DNA of 32,000 nucleotides from Xylanibacter ruminicola 23 (GTDB lineage Bacteria; Bacteroidota; Bacteroidia; Bacteroidales; Bacteroidaceae): NCBI RefSeq assembly GCF_000025925.1, contig NC_014033.1, positions 3,030,001 to 3,062,000 of the forward strand, read 5' to 3'. Shown piece by piece: positions 31,351 to 32,000 of this stretch (position 1 is its first letter; each line of letters starts with the position of its first letter). The notes under the pieces were generated by a model. It saw only the letters and a program-made list of their open reading frames with translations, ran no database searches and was not told where the DNA came from. The position numbers and the translations under genes were made by a program.

Positions 31351-32000
31351 TGACTATCGATCATAAGATTATTTGGAATGAGGTCAAGGACTATATGTTT
31401 ATAGCCCTTGGCCTTTTTCTCTATACCATCGCCTTCACAGTATTCCTGATGCCCTATCAGATTGTGGCAGGAGGTGTCACTGGTTTATCAGCTATCATTT
31501 ACTATGCTACAGGCTTTCATCTGGAAAACACCTATATCATCATCAACGGTCTGCTACTGATAGTGGCCCTGAAGATACTGGGGTATAAGTTCCTGATGAA
31601 GACTATCTTTGCCATTTTTACGCTTTACTTCATGCTGCGATTTGCGCAAGACATCATCCCAAAGCAGGATAATGGCTTGCCATTCAAGCTCATGGGTGAA
31701 GGACAGGATTTCATGTCGATGATCATCGGCTGTGTGATTACAGGTATCGCCCTGGCTACCGTATTCCTGCATAATGGCTCTACTGGTGGCACGGATATCA
31801 TCGCAGCATCAGTCAACAAGTATCACAACGTGTCTTTGGGCTCTGTACTGATAGCAGCCGACTTCTGTATCATCGGTTCGTGTATGTTCTTCCCACAGTT
31901 CGGCACCTATCTGGAGCGTGCTCATAAGGTGATGTTCGGTTTCTGTGTGATGGCCATGGAGAACTACGTACTCGACTATGTCATGAATGCCCGCAGGCAG
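31350..32000 (+). CDS. YitT-family membrane protein (DUF161/DUF2179 type), 5' part, runs off the window
   Basis: The ATG at 31350 overlaps the leuS stop (TAATG). The frame is open for 217 codons to the window end. Motifs present are MPYQIVAGGVTGLSAIIYY and GSTGGTDIIA. Confidence 0.75.
   Translation, partial: MTIDHKIIWNEVKDYMFIALGLFLYTIAFTVFLMPYQIVAGGVTGLSAIIYYATGFHLENTYIIINGLLLIVALKILGYKFLMKTIFAIFTLYFMLRFAQDIIPKQDNGLPFKLMGEGQDFMSMIIGCVITGIALATVFLHNGSTGGTDIIAASVNKYHNVSLGSVLIAADFCIIGSCMFFPQFGTYLERAHKVMFGFCVMAMENYVLDYVMNARRQ

Noticed and set aside
1-32000. tRNA, rRNA, transposase or integrase genes
   Set aside because: I could not recognise any on either strand. All long ORFs are accounted for by the features listed, and the intergenic regions are too short or are occupied by the repeats described.

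Overview
Chromosomal window from a Bacteroidales genome, probably Prevotella/Segatella-like. The evidence is SusC/SusD pairs, TAnnTTTG -7 promoter boxes, lipoproteins with acidic residues after the lipobox Cys, and a T9SS-type C-terminal tail. Layout from left to right: (i) 1-5.0 kb holds corrinoid-uptake/salvage-type genes: a T9SS-tailed surface protein, a DUF4465-like lipoprotein, a BtuF-like binding protein, and convergent cobD-like and ABC ATPase genes. (ii) mntP. (iii) 5.7-18.5 kb is a compact polysaccharide utilization locus: GH36 alpha-galactosidase, a membrane propeller/YYY-AraC regulator, GH5, SusC, SusD, and a SusE/F-like lipoprotein with a recent internal tandem duplication. (iv) 18.5-25.7 kb is an accessory insert of about 7.2 kb with no recombinase gene. 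(v) Housekeeping genes follow: a fucose-isomerase-like gene, a DUF3667-like membrane protein, leuS and a partial yitT-like gene. The accessory insert is the interesting part. It holds a MACPF/perforin-like lipoprotein and an HTH-Fic AMPylase. These are bracketed by two divergent copies of a 250-310 bp palindromic element built from a short word, with compensatory word switching between the copies. Next to them is an array of eight phased 22-bp repeats. A 4.03-kb segment follows, bounded by ~160-bp direct duplications of the terminator plus 3' end of the isomerase-like gene. It carries a small HTH-like protein, a transmembrane Hanks-type Ser/Thr kinase with an EF-hand/BspA-LRR ectodomain, and a lipoprotein. 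I recognised no rRNA, tRNA, CRISPR array, transposase or integrase. All family assignments come from motif recognition by eye and need HMM/BLAST confirmation.
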